Of a stretch of 64,000 bases of DNA, positions 35,206 to 44,489 are shown one piece after another (within the stretch, counting starts at the first letter, position 1; each line of letters begins with the position of its first letter). Source of the DNA: Bacteroidales bacterium (GTDB lineage: Bacteria; Bacteroidota; Bacteroidia; Bacteroidales; FEN-979); assembly GCA_023229525.1 (NCBI GenBank), contig JALNZC010000001.1:31860-95859 (forward strand). Reading direction: 5' to 3'. The notes beneath the pieces are model-generated. The model was not told where the DNA came from. It saw nothing but the letters and a program-made list of their open reading frames with translations, and did no database searches. The translations under genes were made by a program, and so were the position numbers.

Positions 35206-35213
35206 CAAAAATA
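35206..35213 (-). promoter_or_regulatory. -7 box TATTTTTG for the lipoprotein gene (and possibly the atp operon)
   Basis: Reverse complement of caaaaata, 29 nt upstream of ATG 35177. Confidence 0.45.
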
Positions 35214-35281
35214 GACAATTTTCCTTTTGTAACCAAAAGACAATTTCTTCGTCTTAATGCTCTGTAAAAGGGTAAAATCAT

Positions 35282-35289
35282 TACTTTTG
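35282..35289 (+). promoter_or_regulatory. -7 box TACTTTTG for tolC-like gene
   Basis: TAnnTTTG match; its position favours ATG 35337 over 35301 as the start. Confidence 0.45.
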
Positions 35290-35336
35290 AAGCCGTTTAT
35301 ATGGACAAATCAATCATTGAAATTAAAATCCGTACC

Positions 35337-36791
35337 ATGTTTTTGCATCGATCTCATTCAGGTTTGTTGGCCTTGATTCTTTTTATGCTGCTGTTTATTG
35401 GGAAAACAGGCATGACACAAAAAATATGGACATTGGAAGATTGTATCAACTATGCCCTGGAAAACAACCTTGATATCCAGAAACAGGTTCTGATGGTGGA
35501 ATCGAATAAAAAAACACTTTTACAAAGTGCCCTCAGCATGTTACCCGATTTGAACGCCAATGGTACCAATGTCTGGAATTTCGGACAAACCATCGACCAG
35601 TACACCAACACCTTTGCGACCAACACCGTTCGTTCGAACAACTTTTATCTTCAAAGCGGTGTCACGCTTTTCAACGGTCTCCAGAAACTCAACACGGTGA
35701 AACAAAACCAGATCAATGTATTGGCCAGCAAATACGATCTGGATGTCCTGAAAAACAATATTTCGTTGTCTGTTGCGGGTTATTATCTTGATATCCTTTT
35801 CAACCGGGAATTGCAGGATGTGGCCCGGGAACAACTAACAATTACTACTTCACAGGTCGACCGGATCCAAAAAATGGTGGATGCCGGCTCTACTGCCAAA
35901 GGCGATTTGCTTAATATTCAAGCCCAAAAAGCTGCGGAAGAACTCGCCCTGGTGGAAGCAGAAAACCAGCTTTATATTTCCAATCTTTCATTACAGCAAT
36001 TAATTGATCTGCAGGTCTCGCGTGATTTCCAGGTGGAGAAGCCGGCATTGAAACCTGTGCAGGCTCCCAAAGATCTGATCACGCCGGAAATTATTTATGA
36101 ACACGCCCTGAAAGCACGTCCGGAAATACAGGCTGCGGATTTGCGCGTTCAATCGGCCAGGAAATCGCTTGCAATTGCCCAGGGTGTGTTGTATCCCAGT
36201 CTGACTTTTGCCGGGTCGTGGGGTACCGGTTACTCAGGCGCAGCACAAGAAGTGGATCCCAATGTGAATCCCATAGTCAAGCTCGAAAAAATCGGTATAA
36301 CCCAGATGTCACGGGATACGGTTTTGGGCTATTACAGAAATTATTCATACCGGACAACCTCCTTTAATGATCAGCTCCATCAGAATGAGAATCAATCCGT
36401 TGGTTTTTATTTGCGGGTTCCAATATTCAATGGCTGGTCAGGACGAAATTCCATCAACCAGGCAAAAATAAACCGCGCCCAGTCAGAACTCGATCTGGAT
36501 ATCAAAAAAAGGGATTTGCGTAAGCTTATCGAACAAGCTTATGCCGATGCCGTCGCTTCTCTCAAGAAATATAATTCCTCCGAAGAAAAAGTAAAAGCCC
36601 AGCAGGAATCCTTCAAGTATACACAACAAAAATTCGATGTTGGCATGATGACCTCCTTCGATTACAACAACAGCAAAAAAGATCTTACAAAGGCACAATC
36701 CGACCTGCTCCAGGCCAAATATGATTTCATTTTCAAAACAACTATTCTCGATTTTTACATGGGAAACCCTATCCGGATCGATCGCGAATAG
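35337..36791 (+). CDS. TolC-family outer-membrane efflux protein
   Basis: Signal peptide from MFLHRSHSGLLALILFMLLF, then WTLEDCINYALENNLDIQ and duplicated OEP repeats. The track start 35301 is possible, but it is too close to the -7 box. Confidence 0.85.
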   Translation: MFLHRSHSGLLALILFMLLFIGKTGMTQKIWTLEDCINYALENNLDIQKQVLMVESNKKTLLQSALSMLPDLNANGTNVWNFGQTIDQYTNTFATNTVRSNNFYLQSGVTLFNGLQKLNTVKQNQINVLASKYDLDVLKNNISLSVAGYYLDILFNRELQDVAREQLTITTSQVDRIQKMVDAGSTAKGDLLNIQAQKAAEELALVEAENQLYISNLSLQQLIDLQVSRDFQVEKPALKPVQAPKDLITPEIIYEHALKARPEIQAADLRVQSARKSLAIAQGVLYPSLTFAGSWGTGYSGAAQEVDPNVNPIVKLEKIGITQMSRDTVLGYYRNYSYRTTSFNDQLHQNENQSVGFYLRVPIFNGWSGRNSINQAKINRAQSELDLDIKKRDLRKLIEQAYADAVASLKKYNSSEEKVKAQQESFKYTQQKFDVGMMTSFDYNNSKKDLTKAQSDLLQAKYDFIFKTTILDFYMGNPIRIDRE

Positions 36792-36812
36792 CTGCATAAA
36801 AAACAATTATCC

Positions 36813-38192
36813 ATGACCGTTAAAAAATCCAGAAAAAAATTGTGGATCATCATCGCCTCAGTAGTGGTGGTGGCCATCATCGTGATCGTTGCCGTCATTA
36901 AAGGAAAGAGCAACGAAGGCATTAAAATTGCCACAGAAAAAGTGGTGAAACGAACGATCATCCAAACTGTGTCATCCAATGGAAAGATTCAACCGGAAAA
37001 AGATATAAAGATCAGCCCATATATTTCCGGAGAAGTAGTGGAACTCTATGTGAAAGAAGGAGAACAAGTCAAGAAAGGTGACTTTCTGGCTAAAATTGAT
37101 CCGGAGATTTATATTTCCCAGTTCGACCAGAGTGAAGCTTCTCTCAATACGCAAAAAGCCAACCTGGCCAATTCAAAAGCCCGGTTAGCCCAGATGACCG
37201 CCCAATTCGAAAATGCTAAGCTCATGTTCGCACGTCAGGAAAAACTGTTCCAGCAGAATGTTATTTCCAAAGCCGATTATGACCAGGCCAAAGCTTCATT
37301 CCAGGTTGCCCAGGCTCAGGTATCAGCCGCAGATGAAGATATAAACGCTTCTGAATTTATGGTGAAGAATTCCGAAGCCGCCCTGAAACGTTCGAAAGAG
37401 GATCTTACCCGTACAGCCATCTTTGCTCCCAACGATGGGACTGTTTCCAAACTCGGCGTTTTAAAAGGTGAGCGGGTTACCGGCGCTTCCCAGTTTTCAA
37501 GCGGGACAGAAATCATGCGGATTGCCAACCTCAATGAAATGGAAGCCCAGGTGCAGGTCAATGAAAATGATATCGTGCGAGTTACCATGGGCGATACTGC
37601 GCTGATTGAAGTTGATGCCTACCTCAACCGCAAATTCAAGGGAATTGTTACCGAAATTGCCACATCGGCCAATACCACTGGTGTGAGTGTCGACCAGGTT
37701 ACCAATTTTAATGTTAAAATCCATATCCTGAAGGATTCCTATAAAGACCTGCTGATCGGGAAAGGCCCCGATTTTTCTCCTTTCCGCCCCGGTATGTCCT
37801 GTACCGTCGAAATCCAAACCGAAACAGCCGAAAACGTACTTACCGTTCCGATCCAAGCGGTGACCACACGGATTGCCCAGGACAGTCTCCAGAAGATGAA
37901 TGAACAGAATAAAGCAAAAAAACAAGAAGGCGATCATGATGTGGATGTGATAACCAACCAAAAGAAAAATGAGAAGATCCAGGAATGTGTTTTTGTCCTC
38001 AGCGATGGAACCGCAAAAAAAGTGAATGTTAAAACCGGGATCCAGGATAACACCTATATCGAAATTCTTTCCGGGTTAAAAGACAATGTCGAGATCATCA
38101 CATCGCCATATACCGTTATTTCAAAAACCCTTAAAGATGGCGACAAAGTAAAAAAAGTCGATAAAAAAGATTTATTCAGCAAGGAGAAATAA
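36813..38192 (+). CDS. Efflux periplasmic adaptor (HlyD/MacA-type membrane fusion protein)
   Basis: N-terminal TM, lipoyl-like hairpin (ISGEVVELYVKEGEQVKKGDFLAKID), long coiled coil, beta-barrel domain. No cognate pump gene is adjacent. Confidence 0.85.
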   Translation: MTVKKSRKKLWIIIASVVVVAIIVIVAVIKGKSNEGIKIATEKVVKRTIIQTVSSNGKIQPEKDIKISPYISGEVVELYVKEGEQVKKGDFLAKIDPEIYISQFDQSEASLNTQKANLANSKARLAQMTAQFENAKLMFARQEKLFQQNVISKADYDQAKASFQVAQAQVSAADEDINASEFMVKNSEAALKRSKEDLTRTAIFAPNDGTVSKLGVLKGERVTGASQFSSGTEIMRIANLNEMEAQVQVNENDIVRVTMGDTALIEVDAYLNRKFKGIVTEIATSANTTGVSVDQVTNFNVKIHILKDSYKDLLIGKGPDFSPFRPGMSCTVEIQTETAENVLTVPIQAVTTRIAQDSLQKMNEQNKAKKQEGDHDVDVITNQKKNEKIQECVFVLSDGTAKKVNVKTGIQDNTYIEILSGLKDNVEIITSPYTVISKTLKDGDKVKKVDKKDLFSKEK

Positions 38193-38195
38193 TGC

Positions 38196-38909
38196 ATGGG
38201 CTTGATCCTTTGTTTGGAGACTGCGACAGAGGTTTGTTCCGTTGCTCTGGCTTTGGATGGTAATTTGTTGAAAATCAAAGAATCGAGTTCACCCAATGTC
38301 CATTCATCCCAACTTACCCTTTTTATCGAAGAAATTGTTCATTCCAGTGAATTTACCCTTTCCGGTCTCGATGCGATAGCCGTAAGCATGGGTCCTGGCT
38401 CATATACCGGTATACGCATAGGAGTTTCCACCGCCAAAGGCCTTTGCTATGCCCTCGATAAACCACTGATCGCCATACCCACGCTCCAATCCATGGCCCA
38501 GGGCATGAAAAATCATTTATCCGGCATCCAGTATCCGGCATCCGGTATCTCTTTAATTTGTCCGATGATCGATGCCCGCCGGATGGAAGTCTACGCTGCG
38601 ATTTACGATAGCGAATTAAACACTGTCAGGGAAACTTCAGCTCAGATTATCGACAGAACAACATTTACGGAATACCTGACCAATTCAGCTATTCTATTTG
38701 CCGGAAACGGAGCATCGAAATGCAAGCCATTTCTGGAACATCATAAAAATGCTGTTTTTATCGAAAACTTTGCTGCTTCTGCACGTTTTATGGTTTCATT
38801 TGCAGAGCAACGATTAACCCGGAAACAATTTGAGGATATCGCTTATTTTGAACCCTTTTACCTGAAAGATTTTATTCCCGGAAAATCAAAGGTAAAAGGA
38901 CTAAATTAA
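38196..38909 (+). CDS. tsaB: tRNA t6A37 threonylcarbamoyl-transfer protein TsaB (YeaZ)
   Basis: ILCLETATEVCSVAL start, GPGSYTGIRIGVSTAKGL motif, IDARRMEVY. Confidence 0.9.
   Translation: MGLILCLETATEVCSVALALDGNLLKIKESSSPNVHSSQLTLFIEEIVHSSEFTLSGLDAIAVSMGPGSYTGIRIGVSTAKGLCYALDKPLIAIPTLQSMAQGMKNHLSGIQYPASGISLICPMIDARRMEVYAAIYDSELNTVRETSAQIIDRTTFTEYLTNSAILFAGNGASKCKPFLEHHKNAVFIENFAASARFMVSFAEQRLTRKQFEDIAYFEPFYLKDFIPGKSKVKGLN
38521..38548 (+). repeat. Heptamer array CCRGYAT x4 inside tsaB
   Basis: ccggcat ccagtat ccggcat ccggtat, translated as SGIQYPASGI. Confidence 0.75.
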
Positions 38910-38915
38910 CATCCA

Positions 38916-40097
38916 ATGATCAACAACCATTCATTCACAAGATTTCAAACCCGTGTTGTTCACATTGGGAATCTCCCCCTTGGCGGGAATTATCCGGTAC
39001 GGGTGCAGTCGATGACAAATACAAATACACTGGATACATCGGGAACAGTCGCACAAATCGAACGGATGATCAATGCCGGTTGTGAATATGTCCGGATTTC
39101 CACGCCAGGACTGAAAGAAGCTGAACATCTCCGAACCATAAAGCACGAACTGGTTAAACGCGGTTATCACACACCTTTGATTGCCGATGTTCACTTCAAT
39201 CCGAAAGTTGCTGAATTGGCAGCCACTTTGGTTGAAAAAGTCAGGATAAACCCGGGAAATTATGCAGATAAGAAAAAGATACAAGATGCAGGATACAGGA
39301 TACAGGATAAAAATTATCAGCAGGAGTTGGAGTACATTGCTTCCCGTTTGAAACCACTGATTACGATTTGTAAGGAACATGGAACGGCTATCCGTATCGG
39401 CACCAATCATGGATCGCTTTCCCAAAGGATTCTGGATCGTTTTGGCGACACGCCCGAAGGGATGGTTGAGTCGGCGCTGGAATTTGTCCGTATTTTCGAA
39501 GGATATGATTTTCATGACCTGGTTCTTGCCCTGAAAGCCAGCAATCCGAAAGTAATGATCCGGGCCAACCGCCTCCTCGTGGAAACCATGAAACAAAACG
39601 GGATGAATTATCCGCTCCATCTGGGTGTAACCGAAGCAGGATCGGGTGAAGAGGGCCGTCTTAACGCTGCTGTCGGGATCGGTAGTTTACTGACCGATGG
39701 CATAGGGAACACCATCCGGGTTTCGCTTACCGAAGATCCGGAGTTTGAAATTCCTGTTGCCTATGGAATTCTTCAGGCATCCGGTGCACGGATCACCCGG
39801 ACTGAGTTCATCTCCTGCCCATCTTGCGCCAGGACCAAGTTTAACATTCTGGATGCGGTTGAAACCATTAAAGCCCGTACCGGCCATTTGAAAGGATTGA
39901 AAATCGCCATTATGGGGTGCATCGTCAATGGGCCGGGTGAAATGGCCGATGCCCATTATGGTTACGTGGGTGCCGGCAAAGGAAAAGTGATACTGTACAA
40001 AGGACAGGATCCTGTAAAAAAGAATGTGGATGAATCTGAAGCCGTTGGAGAGCTTATCAACCTGATCAAGGAACATGGAGATTGGGTGGATCCGTAA
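38916..40097 (+). CDS. ispG: 4-hydroxy-3-methylbut-2-en-1-yl diphosphate synthase
   Basis: VRVQSMTNT, RINPGN, IRIGTNHGSL, LGVTEAG, and the C-terminal cluster Cys ISCPSCART...GCIVNGPGE. Confidence 0.95.
   Translation: MINNHSFTRFQTRVVHIGNLPLGGNYPVRVQSMTNTNTLDTSGTVAQIERMINAGCEYVRISTPGLKEAEHLRTIKHELVKRGYHTPLIADVHFNPKVAELAATLVEKVRINPGNYADKKKIQDAGYRIQDKNYQQELEYIASRLKPLITICKEHGTAIRIGTNHGSLSQRILDRFGDTPEGMVESALEFVRIFEGYDFHDLVLALKASNPKVMIRANRLLVETMKQNGMNYPLHLGVTEAGSGEEGRLNAAVGIGSLLTDGIGNTIRVSLTEDPEFEIPVAYGILQASGARITRTEFISCPSCARTKFNILDAVETIKARTGHLKGLKIAIMGCIVNGPGEMADAHYGYVGAGKGKVILYKGQDPVKKNVDESEAVGELINLIKEHGDWVDP
39278..39312 (+). repeat. Heptamer array GATRCAR x5 (reverse-complement phase of CCTGYAT) inside ispG
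   Basis: gatacaa gatgcag gatacag gatacag gataaaa, translated as KIQDAGYRIQDK. Confidence 0.75.
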
Positions 40098-40104
40098 AAA
40101 CACA

Positions 40105-40142
40105 CCGTGGCAGGGACGCACTGCAGTGCGTCCCTGCCACGG
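40105..40142. terminator. Perfect 38-bp palindrome between convergent ispG and the lipid-kinase gene (bidirectional terminator candidate)
   Basis: CCGTGGCAGGGACGCACTG|CAGTGCGTCCCTGCCACGG; starts 8 nt after the ispG stop and ends 4 nt before the opposing stop codon. Confidence 0.6.
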
Positions 40143-40146
40143 ATGA

Positions 40147-41097
40147 TCATGGACCAATGATGACTTTCAGGCAACGCGGGATAACTTCATAAACAAAAGG
40201 GGTATGCCCCAGGGATTCACCATCGGCTTCCAGATAAATCTTACCTGTTGACCGCATTCGTATGCTTTTACCACGATACGTATTTACGATCGGAAGATCC
40301 ACCAGTGTGCCGTCAAAAAGTTTTCTGGCATACCGGAACACCTTCAGCTTCGACGTTTTCTTTATCAGGGTGACATCCATCAGACCATCGTCGGGAATGG
40401 CATTGGGCACCTGTTTCATCCCGCCACCATTGAATTTGCAAATACCGACATTCATGGAGAAAATTTCACCTTTGAACACCGTCCGGTCATCGATTTCGAT
40501 CACTCCCTCCATGAACTTGTATTGAAACAGACTTGCAAAAACAAAATACAAATAGGCCAGCGGAGTCCCCTTACCTTGTTCTTTCAGAAGGTTGGTCTTT
40601 TTAGCAACAAGTGCATCGTATCCCATCCCCGCCACATTCATGAAGTAGCGGGTTTGCGGTTTGTCCTTCTTAAAATAACTGATTTTCCCGACATCCTGAA
40701 CAAACGGTCGTTTATGTTTAAGAATATCCACGGCCTTTTTATAATCAAAAGGAATGTCGAACATACGGCACCAGTCATTCCCTGTTCCGACGGGTATCAT
40801 TCCAAGAGAAATATCGATAGGGGTCACTTTTTGCTGAAGGAAAATACCATTCAGCACCTCGTTTAGTGTTCCGTCCCCACCCACTACGACAATATTTCTG
40901 TATCCGGCTTCAATGTTTTCAATAGTCAGTTGTGTTGCATGATCACGATGTGCGGTGAAAACGCAAGTGAAGTCAAAGCCCCGCTGCTGAATATACTTGT
41001 ATATTTTCGGCCACTCTTTTTCCCCCTTTTTACTGCCGGCATTTGGATTGACGATGATCAGCCATTGGGCAGGAGAAATAGCCTGAATATCCGTCAT
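40147..41097 (-). CDS. Diacylglycerol/lipid kinase family protein (YegS/BmrU type)
   Basis: VNPNAGSKKG, VVVGGDGTLNEV, IPVGTGNDW motifs. Confidence 0.85.
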   Translation of the reverse strand: MTDIQAISPAQWLIIVNPNAGSKKGEKEWPKIYKYIQQRGFDFTCVFTAHRDHATQLTIENIEAGYRNIVVVGGDGTLNEVLNGIFLQQKVTPIDISLGMIPVGTGNDWCRMFDIPFDYKKAVDILKHKRPFVQDVGKISYFKKDKPQTRYFMNVAGMGYDALVAKKTNLLKEQGKGTPLAYLYFVFASLFQYKFMEGVIEIDDRTVFKGEIFSMNVGICKFNGGGMKQVPNAIPDDGLMDVTLIKKTSKLKVFRYARKLFDGTLVDLPIVNTYRGKSIRMRSTGKIYLEADGESLGHTPFVYEVIPRCLKVIIGP

Positions 41098-41217
41098 GAA
41101 AAGTCAGTTTTGTTCATAATATCGCGTTGCAAGTTACTTTTTTTTGAACTAAAAGTGATATCTTTATCCGTGAATTAACCAAGTTGGCCTTTTTATTTAT
41201 TTTAACAAAATCCGGGA

Positions 41218-41853
41218 ATGGGGCAACGGAAATTTACAATCACTGTGCTGTTAATGTGCCTTTGTCTGCCGTTTTTAACCGCGCAAACCGCCGATACCGA
41301 TAAATCGCTCACCTGGTTTAACAAGACCGAAGCGGGTGTTTCATTCGGGATCGGATCTTTTAAAACCGATATTGTCAATGGAATACAGAAAAAGATCCGG
41401 AACGATGAAATTGTGGTTACTTTTCAAACCATCAATGGCTTCAAATATATGAACAGGGTCTTTCTGGGTGTCAGTGTCGGCGTTGAGAAATGGCAAAATG
41501 GGTTGTTCTGGCCCATTTATGGCTATCTGGGCTATGCGTTAAAACCTGCCGGGAATACGTTTTTTGGAAATATTTACCTGGGAAGCGCTATCGGGACAAG
41601 GTACTCAACCACACATTATGAACAGGGAAAAGGAGGATTTGCGTTAAGTATCGGGTTGGGATACCGGATAAACATTTCGAAAAAACTGCAGTTCATTTAC
41701 GAGATCTTCTATAAATACCAGGCGCTGGAATCGAACTATTTCAGGAAAAATGATGTTACAAAGGATTCGGTAACAATTCAAACAAAAACATCGGTTAACT
41801 ATAAAGTTCCGCTTCATTTTGCCGGATTCAAAATCGGCATCTGCTTTCCCTGA
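41218..41853 (+). CDS. Hypothetical outer-membrane beta-barrel protein
   Basis: Signal peptide, alternating aromatic/Gly beta-strand pattern, C-terminal ..FKIGICFP. Confidence 0.45.
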   Translation: MGQRKFTITVLLMCLCLPFLTAQTADTDKSLTWFNKTEAGVSFGIGSFKTDIVNGIQKKIRNDEIVVTFQTINGFKYMNRVFLGVSVGVEKWQNGLFWPIYGYLGYALKPAGNTFFGNIYLGSAIGTRYSTTHYEQGKGGFALSIGLGYRINISKKLQFIYEIFYKYQALESNYFRKNDVTKDSVTIQTKTSVNYKVPLHFAGFKIGICFP

Positions 41854-41943
41854 CCTTTCCCCTAAATGATGTTTTTTCCGTTTTCTCTTTTTTCATGAAA
41901 TGGAGCGAGGGAGATAAGATCAAATCAATTGGTATGAACCCCA

Positions 41944-41996
41944 GGCAAGCCCTGACCCCGAATTCTTCCTCAAAGGGCGGGGATGAGGTGATTAAA
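41944..41996 (+). repeat. Dispersed REP-like element, copy C (internally deleted form of copy B)
   Basis: GGCAAGCCCTGACCCCGAATTC...GGGCGGGGATGAGGTGATTAAA. It shares both ends with copy B and ends 3 nt from the stop codon of the O-antigen-ligase-like gene. Confidence 0.7.
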
Positions 41997-41999
41997 TCC

Positions 42000-43676
42000 T
42001 TAAAGCGGGTCGGTTACTTTGCGGGCAAACAGGAAAAAGGAGTAGAAAAAAGTAAAGAAAACCACTCCGGTTTGAGATTCTATGGTGTCTTCCGTCATCA
42101 TTGAAAGAAATGAAATGATAAGGAATACGATGATAAAAAAATCGCCATATCTTCTTTGTAAAAAGGGAGGATATAAAATCGCGACTAAAAACCAAACCAA
42201 TCCAAAAATACCAAAGCCGATAAAAATGGACAGAAACTGGTTATGCGACCGCCATCGTTGGTCGGGCGCCAGTTTTGAGTGCATTTTTTCATACTGTTCC
42301 TGAAATGCAATATTCATATCTCCGGTCCCTACTCCATAAAGCCAGTTTCCCCTGATTATCCCGAAAGAAGCTTTCCAGAATTCCAGTCGTTGCATAAGTG
42401 TCGACCCTGTGGGATTGCCAGTTTCCCTGTAATTTTCAAAACCGTGCAAAAACTCATACACCCTTCCCCGGATGCTGAATTCTTCCAGAAAAACAGCATT
42501 GGCAACTCCTTTTTCGATAGCCTCTACTTCGGCAGGTGTCAGTTTTTCAACCGCATCAGCATCTTTCCGCCACCCTTTTGAAGTGAGAAAACGAATCACC
42601 GTATAGGCAATCGGTTGCTTTTTTTTATCTACACTGTCAAACGGGATTTTACTGCGTGTGTTCCACGATTCCCGGAGTTCGTCCCACTGAATATAGATCC
42701 ATAAATAATTTCCGTTTTCCGTCTGGGGAGCATAAATATTATTGATATACTTGTTACCACGGGAAGTATATTGCTCCAGTCTTGTAAAATCAATCGGGTT
42801 GGCTTTGTAATAGTCGTTTATTATCGCCCGGAAATAGAAAAAAAATCCGGTGGAGATAAGTAAAATTAAAATAACCATGCTGATTTTAAACCATCGCTTT
42901 CTGGTTTTGAAAATGAGAATTGGAATTAGGATCATCAGGGTCAGGATCGAAATGGCAAAACCGGTGAACGATTGTGACAGGATAAGGTAAAAAATAAACC
43001 ATAATAAAACCGGGATAAAAAGAAGCCGGAGCCAAGATGGAAAAAGTCCTTTTTTTATGGAATAAAAGAGGAGGGAATAAATTCCCATGGTTAAAAGAAG
43101 TCCGAATATGATATGGGAAATATTCCGGGAAACATCACGGATATCTATATATTGATTCGTCTGAATGAGCCAGGCATTATAAACCGATCTCACCAGTATA
43201 GCCAGGATAAATAAAAGCATGAAACGATGAAATCCTTTTTTTTCAAATGCCTCAGAAGTTGAGAAAAAAAGTGGGAGCAATAAAATGGGTAGTTTTGTCC
43301 GGAGATCTTTGAAGGCATATCCGAAATCGCTGGTAAAGATCAATCCAGCCAAATGGAGAAACAAGATCGAACTGAATATAAGGGCCGGTTTGTTCCGGTA
43401 AAACTGTACAAATCCTTTTCCGATACCTTCAAATCCAAGATAAAAAGTATAGGGCAAAAAGAGTAATAATTTCCCGGAGAACGATTGCAAAGCAAGATAG
43501 GATCTTAATTTGCGATAGTCGAATCGTTCCACGATCCATCCTCCGGCCATCATAAATTGGCCAAAGCTCTGTCCGAATTTTGAAAATGGGAGCGAGGCGA
43601 TGATGATGCACAGCGACGTAATGTACCAAAACCGTTCGAAATGTTTCCAGGTCATCTTCATGGGTAACTCAGGCAA
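42000..43676 (-). CDS. O-antigen ligase/polymerase-like polytopic membrane protein (Wzy_C type)
   Basis: At least 10 TMs plus a large periplasmic loop ending ..GVGTGDMN......WRSHNQFLSIFIGFGIFGL, typical of the O-antigen ligase family. Confidence 0.65.
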   Translation of the reverse strand: MPELPMKMTWKHFERFWYITSLCIIIASLPFSKFGQSFGQFMMAGGWIVERFDYRKLRSYLALQSFSGKLLLFLPYTFYLGFEGIGKGFVQFYRNKPALIFSSILFLHLAGLIFTSDFGYAFKDLRTKLPILLLPLFFSTSEAFEKKGFHRFMLLFILAILVRSVYNAWLIQTNQYIDIRDVSRNISHIIFGLLLTMGIYSLLFYSIKKGLFPSWLRLLFIPVLLWFIFYLILSQSFTGFAISILTLMILIPILIFKTRKRWFKISMVILILLISTGFFFYFRAIINDYYKANPIDFTRLEQYTSRGNKYINNIYAPQTENGNYLWIYIQWDELRESWNTRSKIPFDSVDKKKQPIAYTVIRFLTSKGWRKDADAVEKLTPAEVEAIEKGVANAVFLEEFSIRGRVYEFLHGFENYRETGNPTGSTLMQRLEFWKASFGIIRGNWLYGVGTGDMNIAFQEQYEKMHSKLAPDQRWRSHNQFLSIFIGFGIFGLVWFLVAILYPPFLQRRYGDFFIIVFLIISFLSMMTEDTIESQTGVVFFTFFYSFFLFARKVTDPL

Positions 43677-44484
43677 ACAACTTGGCCCGACCTTTTTTAA
43701 CTTTAATCCGGAAAATCGTGAAACTATCAGTTCCCCGGATATCGATCCGTTTTACCTCAAACCTGTTGACAATAGGCCAGGGATTAAGCCGGTTTCCGAT
43801 CCGCAGAGCGAAATCAAGACCAGCTTGCTCAAAAAGGTTAAACATCGATTTTTTCAGTTCAGGGTCTTTTTTAGGATAACCGCCATAAGGATAAGCCAAT
43901 ACCCGGGTAAAAGGTATTCCATAAAAATCAAGGGTTTCCTGACAATTTTTCAAGTCTTCCTCCATATCGGTAACCGCCATATTACGATAGTTTTTATGCA
44001 GAAAGGAATGTATTCCCAACTCTACCGGTTCGTTGTTTGACAACTGCTTCAGGTCGCCGGCCGTTAATATCAGATCGCTACCCTGGTCCCAGAGATTGGT
44101 TTTTCCGATAAATGCTACAGGAATAAAAAGCGTGGCTGAAAAACTATACTTTTTTAACAGGGGCAACGCATGATCCTTGAAGTTTAAATAGGCATCATCA
44201 AAAGTGAGAATAATGGATTTCTTTGGAAAAGGCGCCTTCTCAGTATTCAATCTTTTCAATTCTTTGAATGTAAGGGTCTGATATCCTTTCTCCTTAAGAT
44301 ACATGAGCTGCATGTCGAATTGTGCTGTCGTTACGGTTAACCCATCAGCCCTGTTTTCGAGGATTTTATGGTACATTAAAACAGGAAGACCTTTCCGGGC
44401 CGGGATCAGGAAGCTGTATTCAAAAATCAGGTAGCCAATAATGAGCAAAAGAATTGCTGCAAGAATAATTTCCAGGGTTATCAT
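43669..44484 (-). CDS. Polysaccharide deacetylase (NodB homology domain) with N-terminal TM
   Basis: LTFDDAY (TFDD motif), FIPVAF, HSFLH His motif. Confidence 0.8.
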   Translation of the reverse strand: MITLEIILAAILLLIIGYLIFEYSFLIPARKGLPVLMYHKILENRADGLTVTTAQFDMQLMYLKEKGYQTLTFKELKRLNTEKAPFPKKSIILTFDDAYLNFKDHALPLLKKYSFSATLFIPVAFIGKTNLWDQGSDLILTAGDLKQLSNNEPVELGIHSFLHKNYRNMAVTDMEEDLKNCQETLDFYGIPFTRVLAYPYGGYPKKDPELKKSMFNLFEQAGLDFALRIGNRLNPWPIVNRFEVKRIDIRGTDSFTIFRIKVKKGRAKLFA

Positions 44485-44489
44485 GGGCT

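Noticed and set aside
38931-39620. 229-aa minus-strand ORF
   Set aside because: Antisense to ispG, whose motifs are unambiguous; no domain signature.
41895-42104. 69-aa ORF spanning repeat copy C
   Set aside because: Its middle is encoded by the dispersed repeat, and its 3' part overlaps the O-antigen-ligase-like gene in antisense. Likely spurious.
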